64,000 nt of DNA from NCBI RefSeq assembly GCF_006345805.1, contig NC_042997.1, forward strand, positions 172,360,001 through 172,424,000. The letters run 5' to 3'. The DNA is from Octopus sinensis. Lineage: Eukaryota. Of the stretch, positions 1 through 11,587 are shown piece after piece; within the stretch, counting starts at the first letter, position 1, and each line of letters starts with the position of its first letter. The position numbers were made by a program, and so were the translations under genes. Under the pieces are notes generated by a model, which was not told where the DNA came from, searched no databases, and worked only from the letters and a program-made list of their open reading frames with translations.

Positions 1-98
1 TACAGGTGGTAATTTCCCATATATTTGTACCTTGGTTGGATGACGCTTCCACAAGAGATTTTGAGCTCTCATAAGGAGGCAAGTGTAAGTACCATCTC
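1..98 (-). mobile_element. RTE LINE fragment, same family as 1199-1670, cut by window edge
   Basis: Reverse complement closely matches ~1316-1411 (GATGG.ACTTACACT.GCCTCCTTATGAGAGCTCAAAAT...CCACCTGTA). Confidence 0.85.
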
Positions 99-366
99 AA
101 AATGAAGTAATCATACAAATGAACATTAGATTAATTTTTTTTGTAAAGACAGCCAGAGGAATGAAGAAGTGCCTATGACCATTTTCAGGACTTCCAAGAT
201 TGATAAGAAGAATGGAGTAAGTCGGCTGCAAAACAGAGATCTGCCCAAAAACTTGCAAGAGACCGAACTCCACTCAGAGCACCAAAGAGCCTAATAAGAG
301 TACTAAACTGTACTACAGATTTAGTCTAACTCCACCCTATCTCCAGACAAGCCTTCAGCAACATTA

Positions 367-745
367 GGAGGCGCAATGGCCCAGTGGTTAGAGCAGCAGA
401 CTGGCGGTCAGAGGATCGCAGTTTCGATTCCCAGACCGGGCATTGTGTGTGTTTATTCAGCGAAAACACCTAAAGCTCCATGAGGCTCTGGCAGGGGGTG
501 GTGGCGACCCTTGATGTACTCTTTCGCTCCAACTTTCTCTCACTCTCACTTCCTGTTTCTTGTCTCCGACTTCCTACGCAACCGCTGAACCTGGATGCGC
601 ATTCATCCATCCGTCGATGCTCTTGGTGTGTAGGGGGTTGACCTGCTTTCTCTTCTGTGGGTCTTACGAATAGCAAAGGACCACGTTTCAGACTTTTCCC
701 AAGGACGAAGACTGCTTCGCTCAACAAACAAATAAATAAACAAAT
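367..745 (+). mobile_element. tRNA-derived SINE (single copy in window)
   Basis: A box TGGCCCAGTGG, B box GTTTCGATTCC, non-tRNA body, (AAAC/AAAT)n tail. Confidence 0.75.
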
Positions 746-806
746 CAGCAACATCACTAGTCACAGAAGCAGTTCCCTGTAAACTCTGGAAAGCCAATTA
801 CCTCAT

Positions 807-1013
807 TTAACCCATTAGCGTTCAGATTACTTTGTCAAGTGTAACACTTATTTATTCATGTTGTCTTAAATTAATCATGCATTATCTTGTAACTTTGAGA
901 TTTTAAGTGATGTGATTGTTTATTTTTAAGTGCTATGGATCCAGTCAGTTTGAATGTAAAACAGGTAGAATATATTTGGCTGGATATGTCCAGTTTAAAT
1001 ACCAAAGGATTAA
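807..1013. mobile_element. TTAA-flanked (piggyBac-like) MITE
   Basis: TTAA CCCATTAG...CCAAAGGA TTAA; homologous in reverse orientation to 18169-18397. Confidence 0.65.
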
Positions 1014-1198
1014 ATTCCAAAGAACTGCAACTACTATGCAGTAATTGAAAGTATCTTCTTACTCAGGATTGACACTGCCAAGATTTTCAAAAGTGAACGA
1101 AGAGACTAGATGACAAAATATATGCAACAATCGAGTCTATGTTTCAGAGATGAGGAATTTTATACTATGGACTAGTCAGAGAGGTGTCCTCATCTTGA

Positions 1199-1670
1199 TT
1201 GCTGCTTTCACTAAGTAGAGATTTCAAACTTAAAATCTTCAAAGCCACAGTCGAACCAATTCTACTATATGGCTCAGAAACCTGGACATTATCAAAGAAG
1301 CTTGAGAGGCAGTTGGATGGAACTTACACTCGCCTCCTTATGAGAGCTCAAAATATCTCGTGGAAGCAGCATCCAACCCAGGTACAAATATATGGGAAAT
1401 TGCCACCTGTATCATCTCTTGTGAAAGGTAGAAGAGTCCAGTTTGCTGAACATTGTTGTAGAGCTGAAAACGAGGTAATTTCTACCCTTCTCCTCTGGAG
1501 GCCATCTGCTTGCAATACCAGAGGGTGCACACTCTCCTACCTTGATGTAATCTCCAGGGATACAGGCATCCAGCAACAGGACCTCCATAATGCTATGATG
1601 GACCATGAAGTTTGGCGTAACATAGTAAATTCCATCGTCTCGACCACAGTTGAACAATGATGATGATGAT
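1199..1670 (+). mobile_element. RTE-clade LINE 3' end (post-RT C-terminal region), 5'-truncated
   Basis: ORF KIFKATVEPILLYGSETWTLSKKLERQLDGTYTRLLMRAQNISWKQH typical of RTE ORF C-termini; (TGA)n tail right after the stop. Confidence 0.9.
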
Positions 1671-2984
1671 GTAGGCAGTTGGCAACCTTATTTGAATCAG
1701 TGACGTTATGTTTCAACGGGAGTCATCTATAATTATCTCCCCTGTTGCATCACTAGCTACTAGGCGGTGCTAGTTTCCTTACCATAAAAGACGTGCACCC
1801 ATACATTACTTTCTCTTTCTCTATAACATACACTGATGTTAAGAGATGAGCACAGAGATGATGAGCTAAGCACTGCACTTTGAATTATTTCTGCTTGCCA
1901 TTAGAAATGGGAATTTTCCTCTCAGTTCCTGTTATGAAACAACTTTTTGTTACAGTTCTATATTAAGAGATGAGGAATTATGTACATTATTTACATTATT
2001 TACATTCAACAAATATCCGTCGAATGTAAATAATGTAAACTTTTCGTTAATTGAGTTTCCTTAAGTTCCCACTCAGTTATGAAACTCAGCAAAATGCATT
2101 CAACCTTTTTATAGCAATTCCAGACAGCTTCGCTTGGATAATTATACACCCTGTGTAAATACGTTTGTTCCGTGTCGGAATAAATTTCTTATGCTTGAAG
2201 TTGTTACAAGTTCACACCTGTAGTCGTCATTCCTCATTGTACAAGTATTAACAGCTATTGAAGATGACCAGAATCTTATATTAAATTAGTGGGCTAAAAG
2301 CCTACTAAAGTGGTGACCTCAGAACCTTATATTCATATAGCAAACTTCCTTGTTATAACTACATTTCCATAGTATAGTGGATAAAGTCACTGAAATGCAG
2401 TACAGCCAACTAGATGTACCGAGTTCAACTCCAGGCAAGGTATTAAGGTGAATGATAAAAAACCTTAAGAAGGTTGGAGTGTACACAGTCAAAATGTAGG
2501 GAAAGCAACAATTAAGATGAGGACACCATTCTGATTAATACATAATACAAATGTTTGGCTGCTGGACCACATTTATTATACTTATTTACCAAACCATAAA
2601 AACCAAACACAGCAAGCAAAAATATGTTGTATAGTTCCAAACTAGGCAGAAACATTGTAATCCTTGGTGCTAAGCCAATGTGAGAACATCTACGCAACTG
2701 TTTGATCTACTGGAAATAGCAATCAAATTCCCTCAACCTCAATACCCGGGAAATGCAGGCACAGGATTTCCCTGCATGGCATAGCTGCACCAACAGAGGT
2801 GCTGCCTCCTATGAACAGAGCAGGATTGCAAGAACATTAAGAAAACATGAGCTGTGCAAGTTCAGAGTCAACACTTTGCCTTCAATCTCGGTAAACCACC
2901 AATGCCTTGTCTGCTTTTCCTTGTTTCTTTCTTGTAAACACAAGACACCCACCCATCCAGACACTGCTGGAAGTTGTTGTTGAA

Positions 2985-3220
2985 CTTGTTGGCAAACAAC
3001 AGCAGTAATTATATTCACCTCAATAGACGTCATTGATTGGTTGAAATTGCCAAAATACAAGAAATTAAACAAGAAGTAGCTTACAAACTACAGAATTTTC
3101 TCAAGATAGCCAAGAGAAAAAGATGTTTTATGTGACACATTCTACCAGTATACGAAGTTTAAAAGTGTTTAGTTACAAAGAAATTATTTTTAAAATCTGC
3201 CAGTCAAAGTGAAAAGATCC
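2985..3220. mobile_element. Right arm of GGATC-ended foldback MITE family
   Basis: Matches arms of 48885-49486 and 50583-51000; ends GAAAAGATCC. Confidence 0.75.
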
Positions 3221-3552
3221 ACCTGTGGTAGAGGCTTCTGAGAATGTATGAGACTGATCAGCCACAGCTGGACACTCTGTGACCAATGTCCATCCATGTG
3301 GTGTCCTGAGTCATTGTCGACAAAGATGGATGAGCATTAATGTACCGTGCTTTCACTCCTGTTTTTAAGTGATTGTATAATCATCAGAAAGCGCAGACAT
3401 ACTCTCAGCCCTTGTACCCTTTATCCAAAAGAACCTCAAAAATATGGCAGCCAGAAGGAAAGAAAGCTTCGCCCTACATAAAGATCCAGAACAAACACCA
3501 CAAGTCATTTTTTATGACATTCTGACATTTCAACCAAGCTTTCAACCTAGCT

Positions 3553-3922
3553 ACTGTGTGGTAAGTAGCTAGCTAACCAACCACATGGATCCGGGTTCAG
3601 TCCCATTGCGTGGAATCTTGGGCAAGTGTCTTCTGCTATAGCCCTGGGTCGACCAATGCCTTGTGAGTGGATTTGGTAGACGGAAACTGAAAGAAGCCCG
3701 TCGTATATATGTATACGTATGTATGTGTGTGTGTGTTTGATAACCAATGCTGGTGTGTTTACGTCCCCGTCACTTAGCGGTTCGGCAAAAGAGACCGATA
3801 GAATAAGTACTGGGCTTACAAAGAATAAGTCCCGGGGTCGATTTGATCGACTAAAGGCGGTGCTCCAGCATGGCCGCAGTCAAATGACTGAAACAAGTAA
3901 AAGAGTAAAAGAGTAAAGAGTA
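3553..3922 (+). mobile_element. SINE family A (tRNA head, internal TA/TG microsatellite, (GTAAAAGA)n tail)
   Basis: GTGTGGTAAGTAGC head, B box GGTTCAGTCCC, CTTGGGCAAG, 3' GGCGGTGCTCCAGCATGGCCGCAGTCAAATGACTGAAAC; more than 10 copies in window. Confidence 0.9.
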
Positions 3923-4090
3923 GATAAGATAGTAATAAATATACAAGAGGAGATATGGTCATGGCTGGAATGTTTTTGATCACAGGTTTATTCAATCAGG
4001 GCTGACCAGGGATTAATAAGCAACAAAAGCAATTAAATGATTTCTCCTGACACCTGATTGACAAAAACATTCTATTTCTCAAATCAGTGA

Positions 4091-4400
4091 AGGCATGCGG
4101 TTTAATGGTTAAGGTATTCGGCTACCAATCATAACATCATGAGTCTGATTCCTGGCAGTACATTGTATCATTGAGCAAGACACTTTAGTTTGTATTGCTC
4201 CAGTCCACTAAGCTAACAAAAATGAGTAGTGCCTGTATTTCAAAGGGCCAATCTTGTCACATTCTGTGTCATGCTGAATCTCCCTGAGAACTACGTTAAG
4301 GGTATGCATGTCTGTGGAGTGCTCAGCCACTTGCACATTAATTTCATGAGCAGGTTGTTCTGTTGATCAGATCAACTGGGACCCTTATCATCATGACATG
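4091..4400 (+). mobile_element. SINE family C
   Basis: tRNA-like head, TTGAGCAAGACACTT, TCTGTGGAGTGCTCAGCCACTTGCAC body; homologous to 9375-9620 and 33294-33600. Confidence 0.8.
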
Positions 4401-4619
4401 ATGATTTCTCAAATCAAATACAGTTTATTGGAATTTATTACTTAACTTCAAGAACAACAATAACCTTTTTGAACTATTGGAGGTCCTCTATGCAGTCGTA
4501 GCTTGGCCTGAAAGAAATAGCAGCCAAATTTCCCTCAGATTATACCATTAATGTCTTAGAAAAAAACCAGCAAAGGACAAATGAAACAATATAGTCGTTA
4601 ATATAGAAAAAGACTTAAG

Positions 4620-4738
4620 ATGGTGAATTGGTAGAATTGTTAGCATGCCAGGCAAAATCCTTAGCAGCATTTCATCTGTCTTTGTTTTCTGGGTTCAAAT
4701 TCTGCCAAGATCAAGTTTGCCTTTCACCCTCTTGGGGT
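4620..4738 (+). mobile_element. SINE family B, 3'-truncated
   Basis: GTTAGCATGCCAGGCAAAAT...GTTCAAATTCTGCC...TTTGCCTTTCA matches other B copies. Confidence 0.7.
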
Positions 4739-4739
4739 C

Positions 4740-5499
4740 CTACTGCCATGCAGTGCGTCTTGGTTTTGCAGTGCTTCTCCTCTGTTTGTCAATTTTTGTG
4801 ATGGCTGAAACAAAGGAACAGCATGCTTCCATGAAATTCTGTTTTCTGCTGGGGAAAATGATGGCTGAAACAGTTGTCATGCTTCAAACAGCTTACAAGC
4901 ACGCTGCCATGAGCAGAATACAAGTTTACAAGTGGTTTTCATGCTTTAGGAATGGTTACTTGTTGCTTGAAGACCAATATCGTTCAGGGCAACCATTGAC
5001 CTTCTAAACAAATAAAAGCATCAAGAAAATTCATGAACTGATCTTGGAGAACAGCCACCGAACAATTGACGAACTTGTTGATATAATTGATGTGTCCCGG
5101 AGCTGTGGCTAACGAATTTTGAGCAAGGAATTGTGAACGAAAAGAGTTACAACAAAATTTGTGCCTTGCTTGCTCACAGAAGATCAAAAGCAGTCAAGAC
5201 TGAATGCATGTTGTGAGCTGAAAGAACATTTGGAAGTTGATCCAGACCTTTTTGAAAATCATCACTGGTGATGAAAGCTGGTGCTATGGAATTTGCAGAT
5301 GTGGAAGAGGTGAAGAAAAAACACGACGGAGGTGTTGAAAGGCATCACTTTGCAAGAGTTTCAGCACTGCTTTGAACAGTGGAAAGCGTGTCTTGACTGA
5401 TGCATTACTTCAAATGGAGGATACTTTGAAAGCAATAAAAGTGTAAACATGTAAAACTAAGTGAAAAAAATACCGGTTTCTTTTGAGTACTCCCTCATA
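4740..5499 (+). mobile_element. Internally deleted mariner transposase remnant with 3' TIR
   Basis: EQHASMKFCFLLGK..AETVVMLQTAY...VYKWFSCFRNG (mariner HTH), KFVPCLLTEDQK, IITGDESWCYG joined directly to FADVEEVKK...FEQWK..SNGGYFE; stops and frameshift; end CCGGTTTCTTTTGAGTACTCCCTCA-TA. Confidence 0.9.
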
Positions 5500-5519
5500 C
5501 ATACATATATATATACATG

Positions 5520-5679
5520 ACTGGTTTCTTTCAGTTTCCATCTACAAATCCACTCACAAGTGTTTGGTTGGCTTGCGGATATAATAGAAAACACTTGCCA
5601 AGGTACCACGTAGTGGTACTGAACCTGGAACCATGTGGCTGGGAAGCAGACTTCTTACCACACAGCCATGCTTGCACCT
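5520..5679 (-). mobile_element. SINE family A, 5' part
   Basis: Reverse complement of family A head through TTTCAGTTTCC. Confidence 0.75.
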
Positions 5680-5850
5680 ATGCCAAGCCTGCAATTGCTT
5701 TGTTTTAGTTTTAGATTTAATATATCTAAACTCACAATATCCAATGTGCCCTTTCATTCATCATATAATGAAAGTGTAATCTGATGGAAATTTGACTGCC
5801 TGGTGTAGCAGATCAAGCTTCCTTATTTGCTTAAGTATACAATAGTAAAA

Positions 5851-6003
5851 TCATCATCATCATCATCATTTAGCATCCGTTTTCCATGCTAGCATGGGTT
5901 GGACGATTCAACTGGGGTCTGTGAAGCTGGAAGGCTTCATCAGGCCCAGTCAGATCTGGCAGTGTTTCTATGGCTGGATGCCCTTCCTAACGCCAACCAC
6001 TCA
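5851..6003 (-). mobile_element. (ATG)n-tailed RTE 3' UTR end
   Basis: Reverse complement of GTGGTTGGCGTTAGGAAGGGCATCCAGC...CCAACCCATGCTAGCATGGAAAACGG..(ATG)n; about 10 copies in window. Confidence 0.75.
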
Positions 6004-7079
6004 GTATATTTCTGAAACAGCTGTATGATTAACATACAATACTTTTGGCTCTGGAAATTATGGTTTCGAATCCAGTGCACACATGTCCTTGTGCTTTTAT
6101 GAAGGATATTAAATTCTATATTATTTATTTCATGAAACATAGAGGAATAACTAACAGACACTTCTAGAAAGAGTTATTTATGATAGTCTTTTATTTTTTA
6201 CAGAGAAAGATTCATCACTTATTTACTTAACACAACAGAAACCAAGGCTGAGCCTTATGAATATTTTGTGATATTTTCTTTTTCTTTTTTTTTTGAGAAT
6301 AGCCTTATTCCCCCCCCCCCCCATTACAGTTCTAAAGCTTTCTTCCTTGTATCCATGAAAAGCTCTATAGATTTTTCTCATCTCTTAAATTTAATTAAAC
6401 AAAGATGCAATAAAGATTCTAACATTAATAATTTTTTCATAAAGAAATCAATTAAGACTGATTTGTGTCAGTCTGCACAAGAACAATGGCAGATTGCCCT
6501 ACTATGCATCAATGTCTAGACTGATGTTATGGATAAAATGATGGGGATGTTTATTCAATGAAGTGAAGAGAAAAAAAGTCAACTCAATATACATGTCTCT
6601 GTTTGAAATTAACACTGGGAGATTTTCTACTTAATTAATTTCACCAAAGAAATGATACTACCAGTGAATATGATTAGCAAATTTCCCTGTGTTATCATAT
6701 AATTAATATGACTTACTAATGTTTTCTAAGATGTCTACAGATAAAAATCATTTATTTCTTCATCTGTATACCTTTCAGATATATTAGGTATATTCACCAG
6801 TTTAATACAAGCTTCCATAATGAACAGCAAAGTGGTAGGATTACTTGCAGCCAAATTTCACTCAAATGATATTATAGTAAGCATAATTAAATCTCAGGGA
6901 CATACGACATAATGTAGTCCCAGATGCACCATGTCTGGAAAGGTAAAGATTGAGTGATTATGGCTGGAATGTCTTTGTTCATCAATCTGTTTGATCAGGG
7001 TTGATCTAGGATCTGAGTTCTGTTATAATTCCACTCATATTTAGAATGCCATGTTGGAATATTAAGTCAACCTTATTTA

Positions 7080-7311
7080 CTAACCCTCTTGTTACCATAT
7101 TTCTGCTGAAATTCGCTGCCTTCATTTTTTTTTTCATTACTTTTGAAAATAACAAAGAATTCAGTAAAATATTTTTATCATTGTTAAGCTGGTGTTTGGA
7201 ACATAACGTGACATTTTTGTGGATAAGGCTTTAATTCAAAACATTTTAAACAGGAAGTTTGCATCATAAAACCAGGAACAGTTTCAGACAGATTGGTATC
7301 AAAAGAATTAA
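7080..7311. mobile_element. Degenerate TTAA-type MITE
   Basis: CTAA CCCTCTTGTTACC...GGTATCAAAAGAA TTAA; related to 46677-46896. Confidence 0.5.
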
Positions 7312-7409
7312 GCTGGTACTTTCTTTTATTGCATACTGAATAGTTGAAAGGCAAGATAGATTCTGAACTCAGAATGTAAAGATCCGTAACAAAAAATTAC
7401 AGGCATGTT

Positions 7410-7554
7410 GTCAAGACTGAATGCATGTTGTGAGCTGAAAGAACATTTGGAAGTTGATCCAGACCTTTTTGAAAATCATCACTGGTGATGAAAGCTGGTG
7501 CTATGGAATTTGCAGATGTGGAAGAGGTGAAGAAAAAAAACAACGGATGTGTTA
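7410..7554 (+). repeat. Near-identical local copy of mariner segment 5193-5340
   Basis: About 125 bp nearly identical, including the same internal deletion junction CTATGG/AATTTGCAGAT. Confidence 0.9.
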
Positions 7555-7885
7555 AAAGTAAAAATTTTGTATTATGTAGCTTGTTATTCTCTTTAAGTGA
7601 ACATTTTTCTGGTTGAAATACACCGAAAAATGGCGACATAGCAGTAAAAAAATCGTAAAAAATAGGGATTTTCATAGAAAAAAAGCACCTTTTTGATGTA
7701 AATAATTTTTGGTCTTAACATGGTCCGATTTGAATTTTATCTTCTACAGAAGGAAGAGCAAGCCTTCTTCTATCATACTTTCAATTTTGGTCAACTTGCA
7801 CCGCAGGGTCACAGAGGAGATAGTGTTAGTTGAAGGCTACCAAACCTGCCATACACAGACAACTTCAGCTTTATATAGAGAGAGA
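7555..7885 (-). mobile_element. Non-autonomous Helitron-like element, 3' end missing
   Basis: Highly similar to 26960-27281; 5' TC terminus on minus strand. Confidence 0.75.
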
Positions 7886-8061
7886 TGAAGAAATTATAAG
7901 AAATGGGTGAATTCTAGGATTCAATGACTTACAGTATGTTCATGCAATTTCCAAAATTCTATGTTCTGATTTTATAAATCCTGAAAATGTCAACATTAAC
8001 CTTTAACCAAGATAATTCATACTACTTGTTTGACAAAATGGTTGTGGTAAAATGTAGGATT

Positions 8062-8390
8062 ACTTTTACTTATTTAGTCCCTTTGCTCTCTATGGAGAAT
8101 AGGCCAACAACGACTTTCCTCCCCTGTTCTCTCTTCCCTAGCGGAAGGCCTTCTTCTCCCAGGCCTTGTTGGTTTTGGATTGTTATTGATAAATTGTCAC
8201 TTTGTTTTTTTTTTCTAAGCAGGAGTACTGGCCCTACACAAATCCATTTTTACCACTGGGAAGAGGTGGTCCATATTATCCTTGCCTCTATCCTTTGACT
8301 TGTCCAGTATGGAAGGCCCTACCAGAAGCTTGTGCTCTGCTGGCATAACTCTTAGGGTCATTAGAGCATACAAGCAACCACAAGGACTGG
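8062..8390 (-). mobile_element. Probable bipartite non-autonomous RTE element (5' UTR plus 3' end)
   Basis: Minus strand GACCCTAAGAGTTATGCCAGCAGAGC...TGGTAGGGCCTTCCATACTGGACAAGTCAAAGGATAGAGG resembles RTE/Rex3 5' UTRs; GTTGGCCTATTCTCC...AAGTAAAAGTA resembles an RTE 3' tail. Confidence 0.5.
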
Positions 8391-8859
8391 ACTTTGTGTT
8401 GGAATATTTAGAGTACCATTCTATAAACTAGTGGCGGTGGTGGTGGTGGTGGTGGTGGTGGTGGTGATGATGATGATAGTCATAGGGAATGCATATATGG
8501 ATGCACATACATGCACACACAGCTTGGATAGATGAATACACATACACAGATTTCATACTGCTTTGTTTTTCTTTTATCTATTGGGTGTGGAGGAAGGAGT
8601 AGTACCCATAGTTTTGTAGGCCTTCCTACATTCCTAGTTTGGGTGTATAAATACACATGTACAGTAATAGGAAATGGATATAATGATGCACATATATACA
8701 CATATAACTTGGATATATAAATACACATACACAAAGTTCATAGTGTTTTATTTTGTTTTTTTTTACACTTTCTGTGCAGCCCCTCCAAAACCAGTGACAT
8801 TAATACCAGTAATATTCCACTCAAATATTAACAAGAAAACACCTGTAGAAAAGGCATAA

Positions 8860-9240
8860 AAGGTGTAAGCAAAAAGGAAGGGATTGCAAAAAAGATGGTA
8901 TATGAGAAAGAAAGGATTAAACAGGGATTAGCGTGAGACCTTGAGGCATTGGAAGCAAAAAGGTTGGTTAGAAGAGAAGAGATGAATGGGACAGGAATAA
9001 ATGATTGGAGAGTGGCAAGAGTTCAACCAGCTCCAAGGAGTAAAAGCCATTATAGCTGTAGTAGAAAAGACACAGAGAGAGGAGAGAGTACATTCATGGG
9101 CCAGAGGCTGGAGCATGTCTGTGAGTGATTTTTTGCTAGTCAGGTAGGTGGCCCCTTTCTAAATATTATGTGGGATGTCTGTGCTTGCAGCATCATTTAA
9201 TATGGGTGGGGGGCAATAAATACTCTCTTGGAGGTTTCAT
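8860..9240 (-). mobile_element. Degenerate Jockey/CR1-group LINE C-terminal fragment
   Basis: LQPLAHECTLSSLCVF, then frame-shifted YNGFYSLELVEL, resembling the LEPLAHRR..SLSLFYRYY.G.CS.EL motif. Confidence 0.5.
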
Positions 9241-9374
9241 TTGAACCTTATAGAGTACCAGTAATTGCTGTGGGCTGAAGGATCTTCTGATGTAAAGAAA
9301 GGAACCATTTGCTGGTATGCAGTCAGAACTATGTTAAGGATGCTTGTGTGTGTTTGTGCATGTGTATAGAAAGT

Positions 9375-9620
9375 GCATGGTTTAGTTGTTAAGGTAATTA
9401 GGGTAATGAGTTTAATTTCTGGGGGCACATTGTGTCCTTGAGCAAAACACTTCTAGGCAAAAATGAGGTGTACATATAATTCACAGGGCTGGCCTTGTTA
9501 CATTCATTAAGGATGCACATGTCTCTGGAGTGCTCAGCTACTTGCATGTTAACTTCACAAGCAGGCTGTTCTGTTGATCTGATCAACTGGAACCCTCATC
9601 GTCATAACTGATAAAGTACC
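9375..9620 (+). mobile_element. SINE family C, degenerate
   Basis: Homologous to 4091-4400. Confidence 0.7.
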
Positions 9621-9626
9621 ATTTGC

Positions 9627-10121
<495 letters not shown>

Positions 10122-10839
10122 CTTCATTTATTCATTAAATAAATAAAATTACGAGAACCAAAGAACTTGATAAAAAATTCCAATACCTGTTTGTAGGAGG
10201 ACCTTGGTAATCCAATATCTACTTTCCAGATATTGGATTACTGGTTAGAATCCAATATGTAGTATACAGTAGTTAACAAAATTCATTACAGTAATTAAAA
10301 TACATTTTTTTCAATCATTATTCTCTGGCTGCCTTCATTAAATACTGAACCTTAAATAAAGAGAATATAATTAAGGTGAAAAAGGTAATTATATACTTCA
10401 GCAGAATTGAATTTCCATAATTGAGTGAGAACTACAGTGGAAACTTTGGAAAACCAGAAGAGCAACACATCTGGTACTTAATCCATATGCTAACGTTGAC
10501 TCAATATAATTGGCATTACTAAAAGATAAATTTAAGCAAATAATTGTATATAGCTTCGTGGTGGCCTAATGGAAAAGAACATTATCAGTCTAAATTAAGC
10601 TAAATATGTGTGTGTGTGTGTGTGCAAGTGCATGCACATGGTTTCTATGGCATTAGGAATGGCATCAAGCCATAGAAACCACGCTATATCAGACTGAACC
10701 AGATGCAGCACTCCAGCTTACCAGTTCAAGTCAAACTGTCTAATTCATGCCAGCATGGAAAACAGACATTAAATGATGATGATGATATATATGCATATAT
10801 ATGTGTGTGTGTTGGATGTAGAGATTGTTTAAAGTGTTA

Positions 10840-11233
10840 GGCGCAGGAGTGGCTGTGTGGTAAGTAGCTTGCTTACAAACTACATGGTTCCAGGTTCAGT
10901 CCCACTGCGTGGCATCTTGGGCAAGTGTCTTCTACTATAGCTTCAGGCCGACCAAAACCTTGTGAGTGGGTTTGGTAGACGGAAACTTAAAGAAGCCCTT
11001 CATATATATGTATATGTATATGTGTGTGTGTTTGTGTGTCTGTGTTTGTCCCCCCAACACTGCTTGACAACCGATGCTTGTGTGTTTACATCCCCGTAAT
11101 TTAGCAGTTCAGCAAAAGTGACCGATAGAATAAGTATTAGGCTTACAAAGAATAAGTCCTGGGGTCAATTTGCTCGACTAAAGGCAGTGCTCCAGCATGG
11201 CCACAGTCAATGACTGAAACAAGTAAAAGAGAG
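10840..11233 (+). mobile_element. SINE family A, full length
   Basis: GGCGCAGGAGTGGCTGTGTGGTAAG head to TGACTGAAACAAGTAAAAGAG tail. Confidence 0.9.
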
Positions 11234-11284
11234 ATTTTATATATCAAGAAACAGGAGGTAGCCAGAATTTTCAATAATTATCAG

Positions 11285-11544
11285 CCAGGGACCCCTGACT
11301 GGTTCCCAAGCCAGTGGCATGTAAAAAGCCCTATCCAAATGCAATCGATGCCAGGCCCACCTGACTGGCCCTCTACACCCTCAGAATGGTTAGTGTTAGG
11401 AAGGGCATCGAGCTGTAGAAACATTGCCTGATCAGATAGGAGCTTGGTGCAGCCACTGGCTTTCCAGACCTCAGTCAAACCGTTAAGGCATGCCAGCGTG
11501 GAAAATGGACATTAAACAAAGATGATGATGATGATGATGATGAT
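11285..11544 (+). mobile_element. (ATG)n-tailed RTE 3' UTR end
   Basis: GGCATGTAAAAAGC, TTAGGAAGGGCATC, GGAAAATGGACATTAAAC then (GAT)n. Confidence 0.7.
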
Positions 11545-11587
11545 TCATCTCATTTCAGACATTCATTGGGAATTATTGTTTTTACAG

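Noticed and set aside
367-440. tRNA gene
   Set aside because: A and B boxes are present but the acceptor stem is not intact, and the sequence runs into a SINE body and simple-repeat tail
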